A stretch of 32,000 nucleotides of DNA, taken from contig NZ_JBBDLU010000002.1 of assembly GCF_040878665.1 (NCBI RefSeq), forward strand, positions 130,565 through 162,564, written 5' to 3'. The position numbers and the translations under genes are program-made. Positions within the stretch are counted from its first letter, which is position 1; every line of letters begins with the position of its first letter. Of the stretch, positions 16,604-24,922 are shown piece after piece. The stretch comes from Nitrosopumilus sp. GTDB taxonomy: Archaea > Thermoproteota > Nitrososphaeria > Nitrososphaerales > Nitrosopumilaceae. The notes beneath the pieces were generated by a model. It was not told the DNA's origin. It searched no databases and saw only the letters and a list, made by a program, of their open reading frames with translations.

Positions 16604-17341
16604 TTATTTTTGTTCGTGTGGATATTTTGTTTTGGCGTCCTTTGCATATTTTACAATTTGTTCATCTGGAATTAATTCATAGAGTCCAGTATCTTTTTTC
16701 ATACTTGCCATTCTGATATGACTTGTTCCTTCTTTATCTTCACTTGAAAGATAAATTCCTGCAGCAGCTAATGTTGCTGCTTCATCTAACGAAAGATCAC
16801 TGTTGTAAGTTTTCTCTAAAAAGTCTGTCACTTGATCAGAACCTGAACCTATTGCAATTGCATCATAAGAGATGTATGTTCCACTTGGATCAGTCAGATA
16901 TAGTTGAGGTGTATTATTTACAACTCCACCTAGAATAAGTGAAACACCGTATGGTCTTACTCCTGCGTACTGTGTGTATTGTTGACATTGATCAGCTAAG
17001 TGTTTTGCAATCGTTTCAACTTCAACTGGTTCATCATAAATCATTTTGTTACTTTGAGAAAAGAATCGTGCATTGTCTACTTGACTTCTAGCATCCGGAA
17101 TATATCCTGCTGCAGCTACTCCTACATGGTCATCTATTTGAAATATTTTTTGAGCAGTATTTGAAATTTGTAATTTTCTTGGTTTTTCTTCTACTGCAAT
17201 AATGATGCCGTCTTTGCATTTTATTCCTACTGCAATTGTACCTCTTCTTACGGTTTCAATTGCATACTCCACTTGGTACAATCTTCCGTCTGGTGAAAAT
17301 ACAGTAATTGCTCTGTCGTAACCTTGTTGTGCAGGAAGCAT
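16604..17341 (-). CDS. psmA: Proteasome subunit alpha
   Basis: YDRAITVFSPDGRLYQVEYA signature and overall alpha-subunit architecture. Confidence 0.95.
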   Translation of the reverse strand: MLPAQQGYDRAITVFSPDGRLYQVEYAIETVRRGTIAVGIKCKDGIIIAVEEKPRKLQISNTAQKIFQIDDHVGVAAAGYIPDARSQVDNARFFSQSNKMIYDEPVEVETIAKHLADQCQQYTQYAGVRPYGVSLILGGVVNNTPQLYLTDPSGTYISYDAIAIGSGSDQVTDFLEKTYNSDLSLDEAATLAAAGIYLSSEDKEGTSHIRMASMKKDTGLYELIPDEQIVKYAKDAKTKYPHEQK

Positions 17342-17393
17342 TTGATATCGATGCTTTGAAAGTTTAATTTAAGTCTAGCCTATCATTTTTGCC

Positions 17394-17810
17394 GTGAGAT
17401 ATGAAATTAAATTTTCAGGACATGAAAATATACGATCTAATCATCAAAAAACTATAGAGATTACAAAAGAATCTTCTTTAACTCCAAGAGGAGATTGTAT
17501 TGTAGGAGTTAGTGCCACTTCTAGTTGTAATGACTTGCCTCAAGAAATCAAGGATAAACTTAGAAATCCTGGTTCTAAAGTCACCTTTTCAATTTCTGTT
17601 GATACATACGAATTCACCATTGTAGGAAGTGGTCATCCTGATCTAATTCTTACTCACAAAGAAGATATCGTACTTAGAAAAAGTGATTTTATTTGTCCTA
17701 GGACCATAGCAATAAAATGTGATAAAGCATCTGATCTACTCCCAAGAGAGATGATTTCATTATTGCAGAATCCGAAAACTCAAGGCACATTTACTATAAC
17801 TGTTGAATGA
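17394..17810 (+). CDS. DUF371 domain protein
   Basis: FSGHENIRSNHQKTIEITKES.LTPRGDCIVGV matches the archaeal DUF371 pattern. GTG start. Confidence 0.65.
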   Translation: MRYEIKFSGHENIRSNHQKTIEITKESSLTPRGDCIVGVSATSSCNDLPQEIKDKLRNPGSKVTFSISVDTYEFTIVGSGHPDLILTHKEDIVLRKSDFICPRTIAIKCDKASDLLPREMISLLQNPKTQGTFTITVE

Positions 17811-18054
17811 AACTGTGACAATTTTATAATCATTTAATTATGCTATATTGTGGGTCGTAAAACTAATTTCTTTATTTTGATTCCTTTAATTGTTTTTGCT
17901 GCAGTGATCATTGGATTTGGAATGTTTAATACTATTTGCAAAAACTCAAACATTCCAATTAATTGTTAAATCATACATTGTGTATTCTATTTTCCTGCTT
18001 TAGTTAATTCTGGTTTAGCATGATTTTCTTAAGCCATAACAAACTCAATCTATT

Positions 18055-18396
18055 ATGATAAAACCCACCATCGAATTAACAATTTCTAACATGCCTACAG
18101 ATTTGGAATTAAAGAAACTAAAAGAATATTTCAAAGAAATGCCTGTAGATGAAATTCTTTCTGGTTTAAAATTTGCAAAAAATAGATGGTCTGCAAAAGA
18201 TGCTGGTACACTAAAGGTTGGACGTAAAAGTATCATCCAAAAAGAAGTTCATTCTGTAACCAGTGAACAAGCTCAATGGAGATTAAAGAACTGGAAGATG
18301 ATGATTGCAAATTATCGAAGACGCGGCTATAGCTATCCTACTATTTCTAGAATAAAAAAAATATTAGTTCAAAAAAGTAAAAAAAAGTCAAAGTGA
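18055..18396 (+). CDS. Hypothetical protein with basic C-terminus (113 aa)
   Basis: ORF only, no recognised family. Confidence 0.45.
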   Translation: MIKPTIELTISNMPTDLELKKLKEYFKEMPVDEILSGLKFAKNRWSAKDAGTLKVGRKSIIQKEVHSVTSEQAQWRLKNWKMMIANYRRRGYSYPTISRIKKILVQKSKKKSK

Positions 18397-18732
18397 TTGG
18401 CTAAACTTTGATTCTATTTTGTGAACCATATTGTGAAATAGATATGTTGAAAAAATAAATCATTGGAAAATTGGTGTTGACCAGAAGATGCCAATAGAAA
18501 TACTTCCTTGGTCGGGCAGTATGAAGACTATTGTAATTCCAATTTTTCCAATGACTTTGATCTTGTATGGCTTGTAAAGGTATGATAGACCTAACATGCA
18601 AGATCAACATTACTAAAACTATGAAAGTATTATAGGTGTCTGAAATTACATTTTCATATTATATGATTCTAGATTCATGGTTTTCTAAAATTATATTTTA
18701 CAAAGTTATAACAAAAAACTAGATTAATCATC

Positions 18733-19065
18733 ATGTTTAATATGAAAAACACATTGATCAAAAATATGAGTCAAGAAACAAAGCCTTGGGTGTTGGTAAG
18801 CAGCATACAAAAGGAAACAAAATCATCTGATCTTGAAATGATTACTCCACAAATATCATCTCTTGTGGATGAATGGCAGTCACAAGGGAAAATAATGTGG
18901 TCCGGTGCATTTGATAATCAAGTGTCGTCAATGGCAGTTTTTGAAGCAACCGAACAAGAAGCAAAAGAATTTTTTAAAAAATATGAGAACATTTGCTCTG
19001 GAATACTAACGTATGAAATGTATCAATGGGATGCAATGCCAATTCTATCAATTTTATCAAAGTGA
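18733..19065 (+). CDS. Hypothetical protein (110 aa)
   Basis: ORF only. The true start may be an internal Met (MKNT.. or MSQE..). Confidence 0.5.
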   Translation: MFNMKNTLIKNMSQETKPWVLVSSIQKETKSSDLEMITPQISSLVDEWQSQGKIMWSGAFDNQVSSMAVFEATEQEAKEFFKKYENICSGILTYEMYQWDAMPILSILSK

Positions 19066-19142
19066 TAGAAATTTTTATTTTTTATAATATGGCTGAAGAT
19101 ACTCTTGTTTAGTATTAGTAAATAAAAATAGAAAAGAAGAGC

Positions 19143-20873
19143 CTAAACTCTTAGACTGATTCTGGATTTTGCAGTGATAGCAATTACACTTATGATTGCA
19201 ATAGATAGTATCATTATTGCAACGGTACCAAATTCTGGAACAACTGTAGCAATAGTATCCATTTTTTCAAGAATTGCATCTACTTGAGCATTGACTTTGG
19301 AACTTGCTTCACCGTTTTTAATCATAGTTCGAAGTTCTTCTCTTAACATGATTTCAACTTCTTCCATGAGTTCTTTTTGATCCAACTCAATTAGAGGGCC
19401 TTCAAGAAATTCAAAGTTATCCAAATATGCTTTGGTTGTAAGACTTAATGCTAAATCAATATCTCCCTTTGCATACTCTTGCTTTGTTTGTTCTAATAAT
19501 TCTTGGATGTTTTCCACATACTCTAGTAGATTGACTTCTTCAGATTCTTCACCTAAAATCTCATCAAGTTCGTGAATGATTCCACCAGCAAGTGTTTCTA
19601 CTTGTGAAGGATCTGCTCTTGCATCATATGCTGCCCAAAGATCTACGTATAGTTCTTCAATCTCTTCAACTGTATGATGATCAATGTCAGATTCTATTTC
19701 TGCAAAAATCTGTTGTGATCTCCATACAAATGCAGAACCATCTTGGAATTCTGCCATTTCTCCTATGACTCCATCAGATACAGCTTCACCATATTCAGCT
19801 ATAGATGTTTCAAGTAAGACTTGCATTAATTTTACTTTGAATGCAGTTTCGTCACTTAATTCATCACCAACAACAGTTGAACGTGCAATGGCAACTACAT
19901 CTTTTGCATCATCGATTGCTTGCTGAGCTTGCGCTCTTGATACTTTGGTGTTTGCCTTATCTTGCAATTTCATCAATGTGTCTTGAACTTTGACATCAAG
20001 GCTAGGATCTGATGCTTTGAGTACGGGTTTCATTGAATCATACAATTCTGCAATTGGATGTGTTGCATGAATCAATGCAAGTTCGGCATTATTATCATCA
20101 AGATTTTGTTCTAATGCCCAAAAATGTCCTAGTGTTTCTTCAAGTGAAGAAGCAAATTCTATTTTTGATTCATTAGATTCACCAAGTTCATGAATGATAC
20201 CATTAGCTATTACTTCAACTTGTGAAGGATCTGCTCTTGCATCATATGCTGCCCAAAGATCTACGTATAGTTCTTCAATCTCTTCAACTGTATGATGATC
20301 AATGTCAGATTCTATTTCTGCAAAAATCTGTTGTGATCTCCATACAAATGCAGAACCATCTTGGAATTCTGCCATTTCTCCTATGACTCCATCAGATACA
20401 GCTTCACCATATTCAGCTATAGATGTTTCAAGTAAGACTTGCATTAATTTTACTTTGAATGCAGTTTCGTCACTTAATTCATCACCAACAACAGTTGAAC
20501 GTGCAATGGCAACTACATCTTTTGCATCATCGATTGCTTGCTGAGCTTGCGCTCTTGATACTTTGGTGTTTGCCTTATCTTGCAATTTCATCAATGTGTC
20601 TTGAACTTTGACATCAAGGCTAGGATCTGATGCTTTGAGTACGGGTTTCATTGAATCATACAATTCTGCAATTGGATGTGTTGCATGAATCAATGCAAGT
20701 TCGGCATTATTATCATCAAGATTTTGTTCTAATGCCCAAAAATGTCCTAGTGTTTCTTCAAGTGAAGAAGCAAATTCTACTTTACCTTGATATGATTCTG
20801 CTGAGACAGTTTGTATAGTGCCTGTTACTAGCACAGATGTTATTAGAAATATTATAATGATTGCTTTATTCAT
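19143..20873 (-). CDS. Secreted acidic helical-repeat surface protein with PEFG-type C-terminal anchor (function unknown)
   Basis: Sec signal (MNKAIIIIFLITSVLVTGTIQTVSA|E), two ~206-aa repeats with an identical ~187-aa core, a helical C-terminal domain, then VVPEFG + TM helix + KSRISLRV tail. Confidence 0.8.
   Translation of the reverse strand: MNKAIIIIFLITSVLVTGTIQTVSAESYQGKVEFASSLEETLGHFWALEQNLDDNNAELALIHATHPIAELYDSMKPVLKASDPSLDVKVQDTLMKLQDKANTKVSRAQAQQAIDDAKDVVAIARSTVVGDELSDETAFKVKLMQVLLETSIAEYGEAVSDGVIGEMAEFQDGSAFVWRSQQIFAEIESDIDHHTVEEIEELYVDLWAAYDARADPSQVEVIANGIIHELGESNESKIEFASSLEETLGHFWALEQNLDDNNAELALIHATHPIAELYDSMKPVLKASDPSLDVKVQDTLMKLQDKANTKVSRAQAQQAIDDAKDVVAIARSTVVGDELSDETAFKVKLMQVLLETSIAEYGEAVSDGVIGEMAEFQDGSAFVWRSQQIFAEIESDIDHHTVEEIEELYVDLWAAYDARADPSQVETLAGGIIHELDEILGEESEEVNLLEYVENIQELLEQTKQEYAKGDIDLALSLTTKAYLDNFEFLEGPLIELDQKELMEEVEIMLREELRTMIKNGEASSKVNAQVDAILEKMDTIATVVPEFGTVAIMILSIAIISVIAITAKSRISLRV
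19600..20161. repeat. Intragenic tandem duplication, copy A (apparently identical to 20218-20779; period 618 bp)
   Basis: Line-by-line comparison of several segments showed no differences. Sense translations and the antisense shadow ORFs (19684-19926 and 20302-20544) are identical. Confidence 0.85.
20218..20779. repeat. Intragenic tandem duplication, copy B
   Basis: See copy A. The flanking ~56-bp linker regions (19544-19599 vs 20162-20217) are related but diverged. Confidence 0.85.
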
Positions 20874-21010
20874 TATTTTTCTTGCTTATTGTATCTGATT
20901 TAAGCTCACAGTATATTCTTCCTAGTTATTCTAATTCTTTAGAATAAGACCAATGTTCTTTATAATCAAAATATGATTCGTTACTGGATTTTTAATATTG
21001 CAATTTGATT

Positions 21011-21727
21011 TTAGATGAATACGTCTGTTCTTCTTTCAACAATTTGACGCTTGAGACTTTCTGGGACGTCTGGTATTGATGATTTTGTTCTACCTGCAAT
21101 AACACTATGTGCTTCTTCTAGAATTGCCAATGTGTCAGCGTTTGTTTCTGCTCCAACACTGAAACTATCCACCATTCCAACTGAAGAGCCTGACATTACA
21201 TCTCCAAGTATCTGGGATAAGTCTTGCATCGATGCATTTGCATCTGGCATAATTCCACTCAATGCTGGACTTAGGCCTTTAATGATTGACATGCATGGGC
21301 TAAGTGTTACTACAACATCTCCTAATTCTGAAACTGTGTCTAATCGAAGTTTTACTTGCACCATGGATAATTTTGCACCACTTACCATGTTTTTCATTTT
21401 TCTCACCTGTGTTAATTCCCCTGCATATGCTTTAGCGTAACTTGGTTTGTTGTTTTTTTGAGCATCTACTATTTTTTCAAATATTGCATCATGTTTTACT
21501 CGTAATTTTTCATTAATACTTTCTAATTTTGTAATTTGAAATTGTAATTTTTTTTGTGCAAATTCTATTTTATTTCGTAATGGTTCATCAGGTCTTACTT
21601 TTCCCATTACTCTTTGAGATATTGATTCGCCTTCTGTTTTATTCCAAGAGTTACTGATCATTCTTAATTTCCTGAATAATCTTGAATTTTTTCTTTTAAA
21701 CAGATTTGTCACTCTTGGTGGTGTCAC
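21011..21727 (-). CDS. cdvB: ESCRT-III / Snf7-family cell-division protein (CdvB paralogue)
   Basis: YAKAYAGELTQVRKMKNMV...MVQVKLRLDTVSELGDVVVTLSPCMSIIKGL...GIMPD follows the archaeal CdvB helical-hairpin pattern. Basic N-terminus. The start may be an internal Met (21664 or 21604). Confidence 0.7.
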   Translation of the reverse strand: MTPPRVTNLFKRKNSRLFRKLRMISNSWNKTEGESISQRVMGKVRPDEPLRNKIEFAQKKLQFQITKLESINEKLRVKHDAIFEKIVDAQKNNKPSYAKAYAGELTQVRKMKNMVSGAKLSMVQVKLRLDTVSELGDVVVTLSPCMSIIKGLSPALSGIMPDANASMQDLSQILGDVMSGSSVGMVDSFSVGAETNADTLAILEEAHSVIAGRTKSSIPDVPESLKRQIVERRTDVFI

Positions 21728-21753
21728 TAGAGTTACAAGTATAAAGAGTACAC

Positions 21754-22866
21754 CTATCCAAAGGTAAATGTGAATATTTGAAAGCCTTTACCATCTATTT
21801 TTATTTCAATCAAGTGTGTTGAACTATTCTCATTATTGATAATGTTGTAAAGACCTGCGTCTGTGATTTGTAATTTGTTACCATTAATGATGTCTTTTCC
21901 TGCATATTCTATTGGCAGTGGTGACCCATCTAGTAATATTTCTAATTCTGCATAGTTGTCTGTTACGATGTTTACTTCTTTTGCATTGTATAGTAATTTG
22001 ACTGAGCCAGTTGTTGATACTAATTCCATACTGTCATCATAATTTTTCCAATCTCCTATTGGATAGAATTTATGCAAATCTGTGTTTTTAGGTTCTGAAT
22101 ATGAAATGATTTTGTTTGGTTGAAATCCTTCTTCACTTCCTAACTGATTTCTGTTTTGAGCAAATTTATATCCAAAATATAATTCCGGAGTCCTAAACAT
22201 TGAATGTTGAAACTCTTCTATATCAACAAATGATGTAGTTGATGTTACTTGCATTCCTAGTGCGTTAGATCTTTCTTCTAAAAGTTGCTGAATGATTTTT
22301 TCTGTTTCTTGATATCTCCCTTCTCCTATGTGATCATATCTTAGATACCCTTCATGATCTGCAATGTATTTTCTTGGCCAATATTTGTTTTCAAATGCTT
22401 TCCATGTTTTCATGTCATTGTCTAACACCACTGGATAATTGATTCCATGTTTTTCAATTGCTAATTTTACATTTTCAAAATTTTTCTCAAATTCAAATTC
22501 TGGTGAATGAATTCCAACTATTAACAATCCTTGATCTGCATATTTATCATTCCATGCGGTGATGTATGGCAATGTTCTAACACAATTAATACAACTATAT
22601 GTCCAAATATCGTACAATACAACTTTACCCTCCATTTCTTTTTTCAACTCATCAGGCGTTGTGTTTAGATAATCTGTTATTCCTATCAATTCTGGAGCTT
22701 TTTTGAATCCTGATTTGTCAATTTTTGTATTTATGATATTATCTGTGATTTCTGTAGGCTGAATTTGTTGATCAAGTGTAGAGAATACTGTACCTAATAT
22801 TGCCAATCCTGCAGCTATGATGATTCCAAATATCAGAGCTGTTTTTATTTCTGAATTCATATTCAT
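21754..22866 (-). CDS. Membrane-anchored thioredoxin-fold protein, DipZ C-terminal-region type (redoxin domain + beta-sandwich domain)
   Basis: N-terminal TM helix. Redoxin core VVLYDIWTYSCINCVRTLPYI...GIHSPEFEFEK...YPVVLDND...W..YWPRKY with CxxC = CINC. 4-nt overlap with the upstream ccdA. Confidence 0.8.
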   Translation of the reverse strand: MNMNSEIKTALIFGIIIAAGLAILGTVFSTLDQQIQPTEITDNIINTKIDKSGFKKAPELIGITDYLNTTPDELKKEMEGKVVLYDIWTYSCINCVRTLPYITAWNDKYADQGLLIVGIHSPEFEFEKNFENVKLAIEKHGINYPVVLDNDMKTWKAFENKYWPRKYIADHEGYLRYDHIGEGRYQETEKIIQQLLEERSNALGMQVTSTTSFVDIEEFQHSMFRTPELYFGYKFAQNRNQLGSEEGFQPNKIISYSEPKNTDLHKFYPIGDWKNYDDSMELVSTTGSVKLLYNAKEVNIVTDNYAELEILLDGSPLPIEYAGKDIINGNKLQITDAGLYNIINNENSSTHLIEIKIDGKGFQIFTFTFG

Positions 22867-23594
22867 CCTAACAACACCAATTCATTTAGAAGTGGAAAGT
22901 TTGTAATATATGCAAGTTGATTCGTAAATACGAGAACTCCTAAAATAATTATGAATATGCCTAATATTACATTATAATACTTTAGATGTTTTGTCATTGA
23001 GCGTATAATTCTTGTTGCTCTAGAAAAAAATATCCCCATTAAGATAAATGGAATTCCTAAACCAAATGAATATGCAAGTAACAAACTAAATGAAATAGAT
23101 GGCGTAGTAGCTGCTAAAGTTAGTATTGTTCCCAATATTGGACCCACACATGGTGTCCATCCAGCAGCAAATGCCAATCCAAACACAAATGACATTGGGT
23201 AGCTTGATTTTGTATTCTTAGGAAAGAATTTTTTTTCCATATTTAATGAACGGATTTTAGTAGATAGTAGTAAAAATATCCCAAAACTTACTATTATTAT
23301 TCCTCCTACTATGTTGAGACTTTCTATAATTTCACTTGCTGCACTTGATAGTATACTGTTGATTAAAACACCCAATATGGAAAATACAATTGAAAATCCT
23401 AAAACAAAAAACACGGTGTTAAATACAATGTTTAACCTATTAATGGACAGAATAGTTCCGTTTTTAGATCCGATCTCTGTTACTGTGGTTCCAGATATGT
23501 ATGCAAGAAAAGCTGGAATTATGGGCAAAATACAAGGGGCAATAAATGAACTCAGACCTGCAACAAATGCTATGAGAATAGTTGGGTCTGCCAT
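22863..23594 (-). CDS. ccdA: CcdA/DsbD-family transmembrane thiol-disulfide electron transporter
   Basis: Polytopic membrane protein with the two conserved Cys motifs (FIAPCILPIIPAFLAYISG and GWTPCVGPILG). Confidence 0.85.
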   Translation of the reverse strand: MADPTILIAFVAGLSSFIAPCILPIIPAFLAYISGTTVTEIGSKNGTILSINRLNIVFNTVFFVLGFSIVFSILGVLINSILSSAASEIIESLNIVGGIIIVSFGIFLLLSTKIRSLNMEKKFFPKNTKSSYPMSFVFGLAFAAGWTPCVGPILGTILTLAATTPSISFSLLLAYSFGLGIPFILMGIFFSRATRIIRSMTKHLKYYNVILGIFIIILGVLVFTNQLAYITNFPLLNELVLLG

Positions 23595-23791
23595 GCTTTA
23601 AAATTATGATTTTTCCTTTAAAGGATTATTCCATATCTTTTTCCAATAATGTACAGTGAATTTTTAACTAGGATGATGCGTATTTTCATTATGAATAAAC
23701 GATTTGTGATTGTTGGAATAGTTTTGGGTATTGCAGTCACACTGGCTGTAATTATTGGTTCACCTGCACTTGGTGGGTTTGATATGATGCG

Positions 23792-24922
23792 TTAATTGAA
23801 TTTTTTATACGCTTTTTCAAAAATCTCAAGTGTTTTTTCAATATCTTTCTCTGTTAACCATGCCGTAACTGAAATTCTCAATCTTGCCTGATTTTTAGGA
23901 ACTGTAGGATATCTTATTGGCTGAACAAATATCCCACTATTCAGCAAAAATTCTCCAAAAGCCATTGCTTTTTTCTCGTCGCCTATGATTATTGGAATAA
24001 TTTGTGTAGTTGATGTTATATCATATCCAACTTGCTTGAGACCTTTTGATAAATGAGTGACATTTCTCTCTAGTTTTCTTTTTTGTTTTGTTCTGTTTGA
24101 TTCGATTCTTTTTAAAGAGTGATCAATTAAAAATGATGGAAGTGCTGATGTATAGATAAATGATTTTGATTTGTTTATGCATAAATCAATTACATTATTT
24201 TGTGATGCAATATATCCTCCAAATGATCCAAGCCCTTTACTTAAACTACTTATATACAAATCAATTTTTTTTGAAACGCCAAAATGTTCTGGAGTTCCCT
24301 TTCCATCTTTTCCAATTACAAAATCCCCATGAGCATCATCTATAACTGTAATTGCATTTGTTTTTTCAGATATTTCTGTAATTTGTCTCAATAATGATAA
24401 ATCTCCATCCATGCTAAACACTCCTTCGGATATTACAAATTTGTTAATTCCTTTCTGTTTTAATTTTTTATTCAAATCATCCATATTGTTATGTTTATAG
24501 ATTGAAATTTTGGCATCTGATAGTTTACAAGCTTCTATTATGCTGGCATGATTTAATTCATCACTTAGAATGATGTCTCCTTTTTTTGCTATTGTAGAAA
24601 TTGCTCCAAGGTTTGCCATATATCCAGTTGGATAAATCAAACTGTTTTGTTGTGATTTGTGTTTTGCAAGTTTGCCTTCTAGTTTTTTATACGATTCATC
24701 ATTTCCAGATACTAATCTAGAACTTGATTGTAATTGTTTAACATCTATTGGAATATTGGGAATTCCCAGATAATCATTTGAACATAAGTTGAGAAGTTTT
24801 TTCTGATTGATTATGATGTGCCCTTCTTTTATCTTGCCGTATCGCAACTTTCGATAAAGATTATTTTTTTTAATTTTTTCAAGTTCTGCATCTACAAAAT
24901 TTAGATTATACTTGGAGGCCAA
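23792..24922 (-). CDS. bioF: 8-amino-7-oxononanoate synthase (PLP-dependent alpha-oxoamine synthase)
   Basis: AONS-family sequence (DDAHG..., PLP-lysine region SSLSKGLG). Overlaps bioB by 17 nt within a biotin cluster. A Kbl-type paralogue cannot be excluded from sequence alone. Confidence 0.8.
   Translation of the reverse strand: MASKYNLNFVDAELEKIKKNNLYRKLRYGKIKEGHIIINQKKLLNLCSNDYLGIPNIPIDVKQLQSSSRLVSGNDESYKKLEGKLAKHKSQQNSLIYPTGYMANLGAISTIAKKGDIILSDELNHASIIEACKLSDAKISIYKHNNMDDLNKKLKQKGINKFVISEGVFSMDGDLSLLRQITEISEKTNAITVIDDAHGDFVIGKDGKGTPEHFGVSKKIDLYISSLSKGLGSFGGYIASQNNVIDLCINKSKSFIYTSALPSFLIDHSLKRIESNRTKQKRKLERNVTHLSKGLKQVGYDITSTTQIIPIIIGDEKKAMAFGEFLLNSGIFVQPIRYPTVPKNQARLRISVTAWLTEKDIEKTLEIFEKAYKKFN

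Noticed and set aside
18401-18610. 69-aa minus-strand ORF in the 18.4-18.7 kb intergenic region
   Set aside because: Its composition is odd (Trp/Asn/Tyr/His-rich, no hydrophobic core pattern), it has no family resemblance and it is isolated. Probably non-coding, and no RNA structure was recognisable either.
19684-20544. Two identical 80-aa plus-strand ORFs (19684-19926 and 20302-20544)
   Set aside because: They are antisense shadows of the duplicated blocks inside the 576-aa minus-strand gene. They are useful only as evidence for the duplication.
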